Positions 38,356 through 47,476 of a stretch of DNA of 64,000 nucleotides are shown here, in pieces (position 1 is the first letter of the stretch; the number at the start of each line of letters is the position of its first letter). The notes under the pieces are model-generated. The model saw only the letters and a list, made by a program, of their open reading frames with translations, searched no databases and was not told where the DNA came from. The position numbers were made by a program, and so were the translations under genes. The stretch is taken from assembly GCA_964573395.1 (NCBI GenBank), contig CAZNJI010000005.1, positions 7,759-71,758 on the forward strand, read 5' to 3'. This stretch comes from an uncultured Candidatus Saccharibacteria bacterium. Its GTDB lineage: Bacteria; Patescibacteriota; Minisyncoccia; Phycocordibacterales; UBA9973.

Positions 38356-39273
38356 ATGATGCCAAATATGGAAAACTCTCCCACCCCTAAAACAATGTTT
38401 ACTGATACATTTCCTGATGATATTACGTCTGACGAAGAATTAGATGTTATAAAAGCTCAATATCCAGATTACGATGATTATTATGTGGCGAGTGGTTCCA
38501 TTAAGGAACGTAGAGAAAGTTTTGATGCAATGTATCAAATATACGCTCCTTATGCCGATAAACACTTTCTTTCCGATCTAAAAAAGCATTTCCATGAACG
38601 AACATGGGAAATGTATATTGGATATACCCTAATAAAAAATGGTGTCTCATTTACATCCACAAATAAAGGACCAGATATTCTTATTGAAACACCTGAAGGG
38701 AAAATATGGATTGAAGCTGTTGTTTGTAACAGTGGAGATGGCCCAGATCGTGTCCCAGCTATGATATATGGTGTAGCCTCAGATGTACCCGATGATGAAA
38801 TGATTATCAGAATGGCAAATAGCCTTGATGCCAAATTTAAAAAATATCAAAAATATATTAATGAAGATATTGTGTCAGTAGAAGATAAATTAATCATTGC
38901 TGTAAACGCCGGTATTTTTAGCCACGTAGTTGATGGAGATATGCCACTTATTCTAAAAGCAATTTTTGCTATCGGATTCCGAACATTATCATTACCAATC
39001 GACGGAAAAGGACCAGTAAAACCAGGGATCTCGACTAGAAATTTTATTGAAAAGAAAAATGGAAGCAAGGTTGCAACCACTTTCTTTTTAGAAAAAGAAC
39101 ATGCTTCAATTAGTGCTGTTTTATATACCAGTAGAACAGTGCTTAATCAAGATGAGCCAGCTGGGACTAATATAATGGTAGTTCGTAATCCAATAGCTAC
39201 TAATCCTCTCCCGGATGATGCGTTCCCATTTATGCATCAAATTATTACTAAAGGAGGCATTATAGAATTATGA
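38356..39273 (+). CDS. Hypothetical protein (possible PD-(D/E)xK-like nuclease), first gene of a 3-gene operon
   Basis: 305 aa with GPDILIETPEGKIWIEAVV resembling a D..ExK core. Its stop overlaps the next start (ATGA). Confidence 0.45.
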   Translation: MMPNMENSPTPKTMFTDTFPDDITSDEELDVIKAQYPDYDDYYVASGSIKERRESFDAMYQIYAPYADKHFLSDLKKHFHERTWEMYIGYTLIKNGVSFTSTNKGPDILIETPEGKIWIEAVVCNSGDGPDRVPAMIYGVASDVPDDEMIIRMANSLDAKFKKYQKYINEDIVSVEDKLIIAVNAGIFSHVVDGDMPLILKAIFAIGFRTLSLPIDGKGPVKPGISTRNFIEKKNGSKVATTFFLEKEHASISAVLYTSRTVLNQDEPAGTNIMVVRNPIATNPLPDDAFPFMHQIITKGGIIEL

Positions 39274-40268
39274 AAACCTGCATTTATTGTAGATCGCAGA
39301 ATCAATCTTTATTTAAAGGGGTTGAGCATCTTATACCCCAAAGTTTTGGTACTTTCAGCTCTGAGACTCCAACGTTAAAATGTGTTTGTGATGAGTGCAA
39401 TGCTTTCTTTGCAAAAGAACTCGACCAAATACTTGCTCGTGACAGCTGGGAAGGTGTAGAGAGATACAAAAAAGGAATTAAATCCAGAGAACAAAGACCT
39501 ATTAAGAGACTAAAATTTAGTCTCGAAAATACCCCAGAAATGGGCGAATTTGGCGGAATGGTTTTTGAAGGTGTTGATGCTACTACAGGAAAATTACTAC
39601 ATCCGAAAGGGCAATTTCATATAAAAAACATTAAAACTAAAAAATTTGATGTCTTCTTTACAGATGCAATAAAAAATATAAAACTTGATGATGAAACGTA
39701 TGGAGTAAAAGGCACGAGAGAAACAAAAATATTTGCAAATTCTGAAGAAGAACACCAAGCTGTTTTTGATGAAGTAAGAAAAATTATTCCGACTTATAAA
39801 ATAAAAGAAAAATTTCAACCTCCATTTATTCAAGGTAGAAAAGATGATGAAGTAATTGAACTTCCAATTTGGATTGAGGGAACTATTGATCATCCTATAA
39901 AAAGAGGATTAATAAAGATTCTTCTAAATTTTTCAGCTTACTATATTGGAAATGAAGAAGTTCTTAAGTCGGAATGGGATAAAGCAAGAGACTACGTTAG
40001 ACTTAATTCAGAACCAATCTTGGGTAAAGCTGATACTAAACCTTTCTGGGGAGATGAAACAGAAGTAATGCGTCTCCCAAATGATAGCTTTAATATTCTT
40101 GTTGAGAATAAAGGTAAAGATGTAATAGGAAAAATCCAAATATATAATTTTTATACCCACACCTTTATTCTCGCTGAGAATCACAGTATTCCTATAGGAA
40201 AAGAAAAAGCTATGCGCTTTACTAAAGGAAAACCTCCATACCGCGCAGAAAAAAGAACAGTGTTTTAA
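39270..40268 (+). CDS. HNH endonuclease-domain protein
   Basis: N-terminal CIYCRS..FKGVEHLIPQSFG HNH motif plus a second Cys pair CVCDEC. Confidence 0.65.
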   Translation: MKTCIYCRSQNQSLFKGVEHLIPQSFGTFSSETPTLKCVCDECNAFFAKELDQILARDSWEGVERYKKGIKSREQRPIKRLKFSLENTPEMGEFGGMVFEGVDATTGKLLHPKGQFHIKNIKTKKFDVFFTDAIKNIKLDDETYGVKGTRETKIFANSEEEHQAVFDEVRKIIPTYKIKEKFQPPFIQGRKDDEVIELPIWIEGTIDHPIKRGLIKILLNFSAYYIGNEEVLKSEWDKARDYVRLNSEPILGKADTKPFWGDETEVMRLPNDSFNILVENKGKDVIGKIQIYNFYTHTFILAENHSIPIGKEKAMRFTKGKPPYRAEKRTVF

Positions 40269-40302
40269 ATATTAATTAAAAACCACCTTTTTAGTTATTT
40301 TT

Positions 40303-40980
40303 ATGAAGCTACTAGAAATATTTAATACTCGGGAATTAGCGACAATAGTATGGGTCATTATTTTATTTGTATATCTTATCCGAAAACCAGAAATTCGCTC
40401 TAGTTTACTGCGATTTTTAAAAAGTGTTTTTAAATTATGGAAAATAGTGCTTAGCATGATTATCTACATCATTTTCTGTATTTTTATTTTGCACAAAATG
40501 TCGTTCTGGAATATGGATTTACTTAAATTAACAATTTTTTGGTTTTTTGGTTGGGCTTCTGTAATGTTTATAAACCTCAACGATATACAAAAAAATAAAA
40601 GTTACCTCAAAAAAGTACTAGTTAATATTTTAGGGTTAACAGTTGTTATTTCATTTATCACAAATTTCTATACATTTCCCTTTATAGCTGAACTGATCCT
40701 TTTACCAATCATTACGATCCTTTTAGTATTCACAGTTATGCCTCAAATTAAAGGCAACCTAAAAGTAAATAGACTCATAAACCAAGTACTAATTGTTTTT
40801 GGACTTATTGTATTAGCTATTAATATAAAGAGAGTAATATGTAATTTCCAAACTTTCTCCTCTATGAACACTCTACTAGAATTTCTTCTACCAATAATCC
40901 TATCCTTAATGTTTTTACCGTATCTTTATTTACTATTCCTTTATTCAGAATGTGAACAAAAGAAAATAAAGGGTAAATAA
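40303..40980 (+). CDS. Polytopic membrane protein (about 6 TM), probably co-transcribed with the HNH gene
   Basis: Hydrophobic throughout; 34-nt gap from the upstream gene. Confidence 0.5.
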   Translation: MKLLEIFNTRELATIVWVIILFVYLIRKPEIRSSLLRFLKSVFKLWKIVLSMIIYIIFCIFILHKMSFWNMDLLKLTIFWFFGWASVMFINLNDIQKNKSYLKKVLVNILGLTVVISFITNFYTFPFIAELILLPIITILLVFTVMPQIKGNLKVNRLINQVLIVFGLIVLAINIKRVICNFQTFSSMNTLLEFLLPIILSLMFLPYLYLLFLYSECEQKKIKGK

Positions 40981-41039
40981 TATTCCGAAGATCTGTACAT
41001 AAGGCGGAGTTCTTCTGGTAATTTGTTACAATCTAACCT

Positions 41040-41801
41040 ATGCCAACAGAGGCTCATTTTACGCTATACCTCGATGAAACTGGGGATCATCTTCTTTACT
41101 CAGAGGAAGAATACCTTCAAAATTCAGAACTAGAAAGTCATTGTACTCTCTTAGGCTACATCCTTCAAAATGACGTTAAGCCTATTGTAAAAGAAGGACT
41201 CAAAGCCTTGAAAAGAGAATTTTGGAAGACGGATGAAGTTATATTACATAGTGTAAAGATACGTCATAAACAAGGATGCTTCGCTTTGTTTCATTACATA
41301 CCTGAAATGTATGAGAAATTTAAGGTTCGATTAATGGAGATTATTAAACTATCTAACCCCGTGATTGTATGTAGTTCACTAGACAAGCGATTATGGATTA
41401 AAAAATATCCAAGGAAATACTACTTTAAAGACGATCCTTATGATCAGGCATTTATTTTTCTTCTGGAAAAATATGCGCGTTTTCTTAACGATCAGAAATA
41501 CGACAAAGTGGTTGGTCGAATATCTGTTGAAAAAAGAGATCCCGCCAGAGACAAATCGCTAAGAGAGACATATACGAGCGTAAAGAGAAATGGTACTCAA
41601 TTTCGCAATAAAAACTTTTTCGATAAACTCTCGGATAAAATGGATTTTGACAGTAAAGGATTCAATATTCCCGGTTTGCAATTGAGTGACTATTGTTCAT
41701 ATCCTTTTTATATAAACCATAAATTTCCTACTCGAGATAATAAATTATATGAACTACTTAAGACATATATTTATAACTGTGGACATAAAAAATGGCCCTA
41801 A
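41040..41801 (+). CDS. DUF3800-like protein
   Basis: N-terminal LYLDETGD resembles the DUF3800 signature (hydrophobic-YIDESG); 253 aa. Confidence 0.5.
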   Translation: MPTEAHFTLYLDETGDHLLYSEEEYLQNSELESHCTLLGYILQNDVKPIVKEGLKALKREFWKTDEVILHSVKIRHKQGCFALFHYIPEMYEKFKVRLMEIIKLSNPVIVCSSLDKRLWIKKYPRKYYFKDDPYDQAFIFLLEKYARFLNDQKYDKVVGRISVEKRDPARDKSLRETYTSVKRNGTQFRNKNFFDKLSDKMDFDSKGFNIPGLQLSDYCSYPFYINHKFPTRDNKLYELLKTYIYNCGHKKWP

Positions 41802-41944
41802 AAAACACAAAAGAGCTCGTATTGAGCTCTTTTGTGACCCCTCATTCGAAGGGAAAATATCACTGAATGATACCTTTTAATTATATATTAAAGAACAATC
41901 TTGTATACATAGTTATTAACAGTCCATCAACGTTCGGAACAAAC

Positions 41945-42451
41945 TCAATGGATAGAAATAAAACCATCATCATAATGCTCTTTAAATTTAATTAAGTTAG
42001 TGTCATCAAGTTTGTTTTGAGAAATATACAATTTTGCCGCCTCGATTATGTCTTTACAAAATGTATGAATATTGATTATCATTTTTCGTGGCTGTATAAC
42101 TCCTTTATTATAATTACCTCCCAAATAACCGAAATGAGATGAACTTTTTTCCGTTAAAACCACAAATTTATCAAAAACGTCCTTAAAATACTTCTCATCT
42201 TGAGTTGTTACATCGTCAGTTCCCTGGTGTAGAGCAGCACATCGAAAAGCCCAACAAATTTTCCCGGGAATGCCTCTACTTGCATATGTAGGCATATTTT
42301 CGTTAAACCATTGTATATATTTCTCTCCTAAACCCCTCTTTCCTTCTTTTATTGAAACGCATATATCTGGAATTGTTAAGGCAATAAATAATGCTCCGAA
42401 GAAGGCTTTATTTTCTAAACATATCTCAATTGAATCACCCAATTCATTCAT
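41945..42451 (-). CDS. Hypothetical protein (downstream gene of a 2-gene operon)
   Basis: 168-aa ORF, 3 nt after the upstream gene. Confidence 0.4.
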   Translation of the reverse strand: MNELGDSIEICLENKAFFGALFIALTIPDICVSIKEGKRGLGEKYIQWFNENMPTYASRGIPGKICWAFRCAALHQGTDDVTTQDEKYFKDVFDKFVVLTEKSSSHFGYLGGNYNKGVIQPRKMIINIHTFCKDIIEAAKLYISQNKLDDTNLIKFKEHYDDGFISIH

Positions 42452-42454
42452 AAA

Positions 42455-42817
42455 CTAAGATTTAACTATCTTCTTTTTTATTGAATCAACAAATAGGCGG
42501 AATGCAGGACGGTTCTCTTTATCGTAAATAATCTTTACTCCCAGTAAGTGGCCTTTATCACAAGAGAGATCTTTTTTTGAGATAGAAACTTTTGGCTCAA
42601 TAATCCTATCATGGTACATACGGCGAAGATTGCCTGGACCATCTTTTTGATAGTGGCAAATGTGAGCTCCGCATTTCTCGCATGAGATAGCGAGCAGCCG
42701 GGAGTACCCGCCTCTTACCTTCTTATATCGATCATTCTTGAAGCTATTCTTTTTCACGTCGTGAGTATAGCATTCCGAACATCCTCCAACGTTCGGAGCC
42801 ATCAAAAAACAGCTCAA
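42455..42817 (-). CDS. Hypothetical Zn-ribbon protein
   Basis: CSEC..CEKCGAHICH Cys/His cluster; 120 aa. Confidence 0.4.
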   Translation of the reverse strand: MSCFLMAPNVGGCSECYTHDVKKNSFKNDRYKKVRGGYSRLLAISCEKCGAHICHYQKDGPGNLRRMYHDRIIEPKVSISKKDLSCDKGHLLGVKIIYDKENRPAFRLFVDSIKKKIVKS

Positions 42818-42871
42818 ATACAGGGCTGTTTTTTGTTGCCCCAGTAGGGTTCAGAACTCAAATTTGTTACT

Positions 42872-43582
42872 ATGATAGTAATGAAAAAGTTTATTATTTA
42901 CACACTACTGTCAGTATGTCTTCTCATAGTATGCGGATATGGTTTGCTTCAAGTTAGCAAATCCCGCACCTTTCAATTCTTTGGTAGCATTGTAAGTCGG
43001 GTTGATACTGAAGAAAAAGTAATTGCCCTTACATTTGATGATGGACCAGAAAGTTATACCAATGAGATATTGAGTGTGCTTAAAAAGAAACAAGTAAAAG
43101 CTACGTTTTATGTAATTGGTGAGAGATTGCAAGAAAACTTAGAGATTGGAAAACGTATTACAGACGAAGGCCACGAATTAGGTAATCACTCGTATACTCA
43201 TCAGCGATTTTTATTCAAATCACAATCCTTTATTGATAGCGAGATACAAAGAACTAATCAACTTATTCGTGAGACAGGATATGGAGGAGCTATCACGTTT
43301 CGCCCGCCATATGGGAAAAAACTATTCGGGCTTCCGTGGTATCTAAATAAACACAACATTGAAACCATTATGGTTGATGTTGAACCCGATACCTATGGAA
43401 CAACATCCGACTTTTTTGTTGAATATACAGTTGCTAATACAAAAGCGGGTTCTATTATTTTGCTTCATCCATTCTGTGAGACCTGCATCGAACAAAGAAA
43501 AGCTGTTCCACTCATAATAGATGCACTAAAGGAAAAGGGTTATACCTTTGTTACTGTTTCTGAGCTACTTTCTAAAAGATAA
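42872..43582 (+). CDS. Polysaccharide deacetylase (NodB-homology domain)
   Basis: TFDDGPESYT.., ATFYVIG.., GHELGNHSYTH motifs; N-terminal TM. Confidence 0.8.
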   Translation: MIVMKKFIIYTLLSVCLLIVCGYGLLQVSKSRTFQFFGSIVSRVDTEEKVIALTFDDGPESYTNEILSVLKKKQVKATFYVIGERLQENLEIGKRITDEGHELGNHSYTHQRFLFKSQSFIDSEIQRTNQLIRETGYGGAITFRPPYGKKLFGLPWYLNKHNIETIMVDVEPDTYGTTSDFFVEYTVANTKAGSIILLHPFCETCIEQRKAVPLIIDALKEKGYTFVTVSELLSKR

Positions 43583-43595
43583 GTTTAGAGAAATC

Positions 43596-43702
43596 AGTTC
43601 TGAAGTTTTGCCTCAGGAAATATCTCAAAAATCTTAGAAAACTCAATATCTCTTTTGATTGCAGTCCAGTTGAGAGTTCTGAACTCGTCCACTAGAGGGA
43701 GC
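43596..43702 (+). repeat. Conserved ~107-bp intergenic repeat R1 (cassette-boundary-like)
   Basis: tAGTTCTGAAGt ..ctcaaaaatcttagaaaactc.. gAGTTCTGAACtcgtccac-agagggagc. Four copies lie in the island. Confidence 0.7.
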
Positions 43703-43708
43703 AAATAT

Positions 43709-43736
43709 TTGACTTATTTATATTTTATGCTATTAT
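43709..43736 (+). promoter_or_regulatory. Sigma70-like promoter after R1 (TTGACT-16-TATTAT)
   Basis: Seen in sequence; conserved with the promoter after R3. Confidence 0.55.
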
Positions 43737-43885
43737 AAAAATAATAGTGTTCTTTGTTGTTTTTATAGGTTCATAGCTAAAAGTTACTTAAAACTTTAGG
43801 TATTTTTTAGCTATGACCACGGTGGTCTAGTTCCCGCTTACGGACAGTAAGCAAAAACGGGCTATCAGCCTATAAATAAATCAAT

Positions 43886-44521
43886 ATGAAATACAACGAG
43901 TTTAACCTCGGTCAGATTGAAGCTGTCTTCAACAAGCTTGGAGGAGTATACGGTGTAAAACGTTTTCTCTCTGGTCAAACGGAAGTAAGAGCAATTCCTA
44001 AAAGCTTTCTCTGGTGGAAAAAAGTTACTATAGGAAAATTTAATTCTATAGGAGAAGTGTGGCGGGCGCTTACTGAAAAAGGTGTGGAATTAAAAGAAGG
44101 TATTCCATATGGCTCCAAAAAATGTGCCCTACGACATCGCTCGGTAACTATGTTAAACAGCCCATTGTTTACCCTAGCCAAGGTAGAAGAAGAAATCGAA
44201 CTTGTATCAGTAAAATTAAAAGATTTAGGTTTCGTAGATAGTGGTTTTGTACCAAAAAAGGAAGTTCTTAAATGGGCTTCACAAATTGGATTAGAACCCT
44301 GTCCTGCAGAAGTAGTAATTGACCTGCTTTTAAATCACCAACTCGAAGAAACAAGAAGAAAAGATGTTCAAATTGTGATGGAACCTATACGTGTCGCAGA
44401 TGACCATCTGAACTTCAGGTTAAGAGAAGATGGTGGGTGTGGGGCGTTACTTTTAGATTGGGATGTTTCTGATAAATTTTCCGACTTTGAGTGTTACGTA
44501 TTTCGTTTAGTAAACAAATAA
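43886..44521 (+). CDS. Hypothetical protein (cassette gene)
   Basis: 211-aa ORF followed by terminator hairpin cctcacgca..tgtgagg-tttttt (44531-44562). Confidence 0.5.
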   Translation: MKYNEFNLGQIEAVFNKLGGVYGVKRFLSGQTEVRAIPKSFLWWKKVTIGKFNSIGEVWRALTEKGVELKEGIPYGSKKCALRHRSVTMLNSPLFTLAKVEEEIELVSVKLKDLGFVDSGFVPKKEVLKWASQIGLEPCPAEVVIDLLLNHQLEETRRKDVQIVMEPIRVADDHLNFRLREDGGCGALLLDWDVSDKFSDFECYVFRLVNK

Positions 44522-44562
44522 CAAAACAAGACCTCACGCAATAACTATGTGTGAGGTTTTTT

Positions 44563-44669
44563 AGTTCTGAAGTATCATCAAAGGAAATACCTCAAAAATC
44601 TTAGAAACTTCTAAATCTCTTTTAATTGCAACCCAGTTAAGAGTTCTGAACTCGTCCACGAGAGGGAGC
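44563..44669 (+). repeat. Intergenic repeat R2
   Basis: Same architecture as R1. Confidence 0.7.
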
Positions 44670-44783
44670 CATTTTTTGAAGCTTATTTCGTAACAGTTAA
44701 TTTTGATACCCAAATAGGGTTCAGAACTTTACATAAGAAAAGCCCGCCATTACTGACGAGCTTTTTTTGTTTTTAATCGTTGA

Positions 44784-45140
44784 TTACTTGGTTTGCAACT
44801 TCCACACTTTTGATGTTTCCATTACATTACCTTTCCTTGTGCGTGTATTGTAATAAAATGCACGCTTCTCGGATTTACCCTCATCAACTGAGTTAGGTAA
44901 TCCTTGAATAAGGAACTCTCCAATCCAACTTTCACCTGAACCATCTTCAGGACCTGCGAGATGCACGGTAGCATTAAACTTTTTCCCAATATCCATTGTG
45001 CTTTTTATAGCGCTGGTGTTAATGGAGAACTGGATTGTCTTTTTATCAAAAAGACTGGCTTGTAGGTCATACTTCGATGGACCATTTGTGATTGCACATA
45101 ATCCTTCAGGAAGTAGTGCTGTTTTGGATGTGATTACCAT
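44784..45140 (-). CDS. Hypothetical protein (cassette gene)
   Basis: 118-aa ORF. Confidence 0.4.
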   Translation of the reverse strand: MVITSKTALLPEGLCAITNGPSKYDLQASLFDKKTIQFSINTSAIKSTMDIGKKFNATVHLAGPEDGSGESWIGEFLIQGLPNSVDEGKSEKRAFYYNTRTRKGNVMETSKVWKLQTK

Positions 45141-45263
45141 AACGATAATTGTTTATTTTGAAGAACAGTGAGGTTACGACCCTCGATTACGTTGCTGAAT
45201 AACTCAGTCTTGTTTACATTGTAGCATACTACAAGATAAATGTCAATATATAGCCAATTTACT

Positions 45264-45370
45264 AGTTCTGAAGTGCCATCATCGGAAACATCTCAAAAAT
45301 CTTAGAAAACTCCAATTCCCTTTTGATAGCAACCCAGTTAAGGGTTCTGAACTCGTCCACTAAAGGGAGC
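45264..45370 (+). repeat. Intergenic repeat R3
   Basis: Same architecture as R1. Followed by a TTGACT-17-TATTAT promoter at 45377-45405. Confidence 0.7.
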
Positions 45371-45526
45371 TAATACTTGACTTTTCTATATTTTTATGCT
45401 ATTATATATTTGTAATAGTACTTTGAGATACTTGGTTATTTAATGTTGATTTTGTTGGGTTTTCTGTGTTCCCTGCTTGGGATTATAGACAACTCAATAA
45501 TTTCTAACAATTAAATAAACAAAAAA

Positions 45527-46000
45527 ATGAACAGTTATCAAAAAAGTGAAAGGGTTACAAAAATCCTTTCTATATTTTCAATTGTGTCGTTTGTTATCGC
45601 CATTATTTCGTTTGTAATTTATGCCTTCGTTGGACGAAAAACATTCGACACTATCGCCGTGACTGGTTTAACAGCGTTCATGCTGCCCATTCTGGTGCTG
45701 CAAGTCGCCATGCCAGCAAACTTCCACATCTTTGGAACAAAAGGTATAGGGATCCCCTGGTCGCTATTTTTCTTCCTGTTTATATTCCCGTTCGCTGACC
45801 TGTGGTTCTTCTCTGGGTTAAGCACTTTATTCAACATTATTCCTGATTATCACTCTGTGATGAACGGATCAATGAAAGAACTGGTGCGTAATCAAGCCAT
45901 GACAGAAGCATGGACATACATCGGGAGTATATATGTGGGACTAATTAGTATCGGCCTGCTGTTAAGAAAAAAACAAAAAGAAAAAATTGTTCTGGGATAA
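45527..46000 (+). CDS. Hypothetical membrane protein (cassette gene)
   Basis: 157 aa with 4 predicted TM. Terminator at 46021-46051. Confidence 0.45.
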   Translation: MNSYQKSERVTKILSIFSIVSFVIAIISFVIYAFVGRKTFDTIAVTGLTAFMLPILVLQVAMPANFHIFGTKGIGIPWSLFFFLFIFPFADLWFFSGLSTLFNIIPDYHSVMNGSMKELVRNQAMTEAWTYIGSIYVGLISIGLLLRKKQKEKIVLG

Positions 46001-46054
46001 CAAACAACCCGCCAACACGGAAACCCGTTCGTTGAGCGGGTTTTCTTTTTGTTT

Positions 46055-46161
46055 AGTTCTGAAGTACTACCACTGGCAACAACTCAAAAATCTTTGAAAA
46101 CTCCAAATCTCTTTTGATGGCAGTCCAATTCAGAGTTCTGAACTTGTCCAAGAGAGGGAGC
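46055..46161 (+). repeat. Intergenic repeat R4
   Basis: Same architecture as R1. Confidence 0.7.
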
Positions 46162-46549
46162 AAAGTAAAAAAGACCTTTTCAGGTCTTAGGTTGATACCC
46201 GCTCCATTTAGTTTTACTTCTTGCATTTAGCACGATGACGCGGACAAGAAAACTGCTTGGAACTAAAAAAACTTCGCGAACAGTTAAAAGTCCCTCTATT
46301 TTATAATAGTCGGAGCGACTGCCTCAACTAAAAACAAACTTTTGCTTTAACTATAGGAGAGTTTGAACCTATAGCATCCCCAAGGATTAACTTTGCTTGG
46401 AGAACCACAAATTTTTAAGCGGATACCGTTCTTGGTATGTATTCTCTCTTCTTCATTATACTAGCACGTTCCCCCCCCCGCCGAATGGCAGGATAAACTC
46501 CAATGTTCAGAGCTCCTAAAAATCTTAAACCAGCAACACTGCGTTGGCC

Positions 46550-47476
46550 CTATTTTGAGAGGATGCTATTTCCTTCATTCATGTAATCAAGCGCTTCAGC
46601 ATAGAGCGGAATTGCTGTCTGGATATCGCCCAAATTTTTATACTCATCAGCCTTTCCTTTCATCTCTACAGACTGGAGGTGCAGCTTTTGAGAACGATCT
46701 AAAATGTCAGATTCATACTTTCTATTTTTTGTTTTTTCTGCATATTCTCGCTGTTCTTTTTCTATGCTTTCAATAAGAACTTGAATTTCCTTATCGCTAT
46801 CTTCTATTCCCTCTTCCGTAAAGTCTTTAATGATCTGCTCAGCCTCATCTCGCACCGATTCTTCTTCTGCAATAAGTTTTCCGCGAAGAACATACAGTGT
46901 TTCAGAATCATCGCCGTCTTCATCTACTTCCTCTAGGATTTCCACGTGCGTAGAAAGAGTGGTTCCTAGTTCAGATGAAAGCGTCAGCGCCTTTCCTTCT
47001 TCTCCGGAATCCTCCAATTTCTGAATATGGCCTGAAGCTTTTTTCCGTAAGAGAGTAGTTTGTTCAACTAGTGAGGTAATAACCTCGTCTTGGTCGGTTT
47101 CGGATAGGCGCTCTTTTTTAACCACCTTTTCAGCCTCTTCGAGCCTTCGGTCAACAAGTTTCGTTGCGTGCTTAATTTTTGATTCAGTTGAAAGAGAGAA
47201 TGCTTCAGTAACCTTCTCATTAACTCGAGTCTTCACTGGATACAAATAGTCTCCCGGGATAGTTTGCTCTGCAGCAGCTGAAACCGACCCCACCGTTACC
47301 ACAAGGAGTAGCGCGACCACAACACCCGATCGGAAAAAATGATGCGCCCAATAGCGCGCATGGCGCGTACCGCGTTTTTGAGAACCTGCCATGGTAATAG
47401 AGGCCTTCATTTGGCTTTTTTCAAGACGACTCAGTCGTATGTGTTCTTTGGTTGTATGAAATTTATGGTTTTCCAT
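46550..47476 (-). CDS. Putative anti-sigma factor (single TM, acidic coiled-coil extracytoplasmic domain)
   Basis: Overlaps the 3' end of the ECF sigma gene. TM HHFFRSGVVVALLLVVTVGSV. Confidence 0.5.
   Translation of the reverse strand: MENHKFHTTKEHIRLSRLEKSQMKASITMAGSQKRGTRHARYWAHHFFRSGVVVALLLVVTVGSVSAAAEQTIPGDYLYPVKTRVNEKVTEAFSLSTESKIKHATKLVDRRLEEAEKVVKKERLSETDQDEVITSLVEQTTLLRKKASGHIQKLEDSGEEGKALTLSSELGTTLSTHVEILEEVDEDGDDSETLYVLRGKLIAEEESVRDEAEQIIKDFTEEGIEDSDKEIQVLIESIEKEQREYAEKTKNRKYESDILDRSQKLHLQSVEMKGKADEYKNLGDIQTAIPLYAEALDYMNEGNSILSK

Larger units (their letters stand above)
34979..46520. mobile_element. AT-rich genomic island adjacent to tRNA-Asn carrying a serine recombinase, defense-like genes and a cassette-like array
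   Basis: Composition visibly shifts to AT-rich at about 36.65 kb and back at about 46.5 kb. The recombinase sits at the tRNA-proximal end, and the cargo is small accessory genes. Boundaries are approximate. Confidence 0.5.

Noticed and set aside
43596-46161. CRISPR array interpretation of the R1-R4 repeats
   Set aside because: Repeats are about 107 bp, spaced 700-960 bp apart with whole genes, terminators and promoters between them. There are no short uniform spacers.
46380-46440. Possible attR copy of the tRNA-Asn 3' end (taagcg-gat.. vs taagcg-att..)
   Set aside because: Only 6-8 nt match. This is insufficient to call a direct repeat, and the serine recombinase would not generate one anyway.
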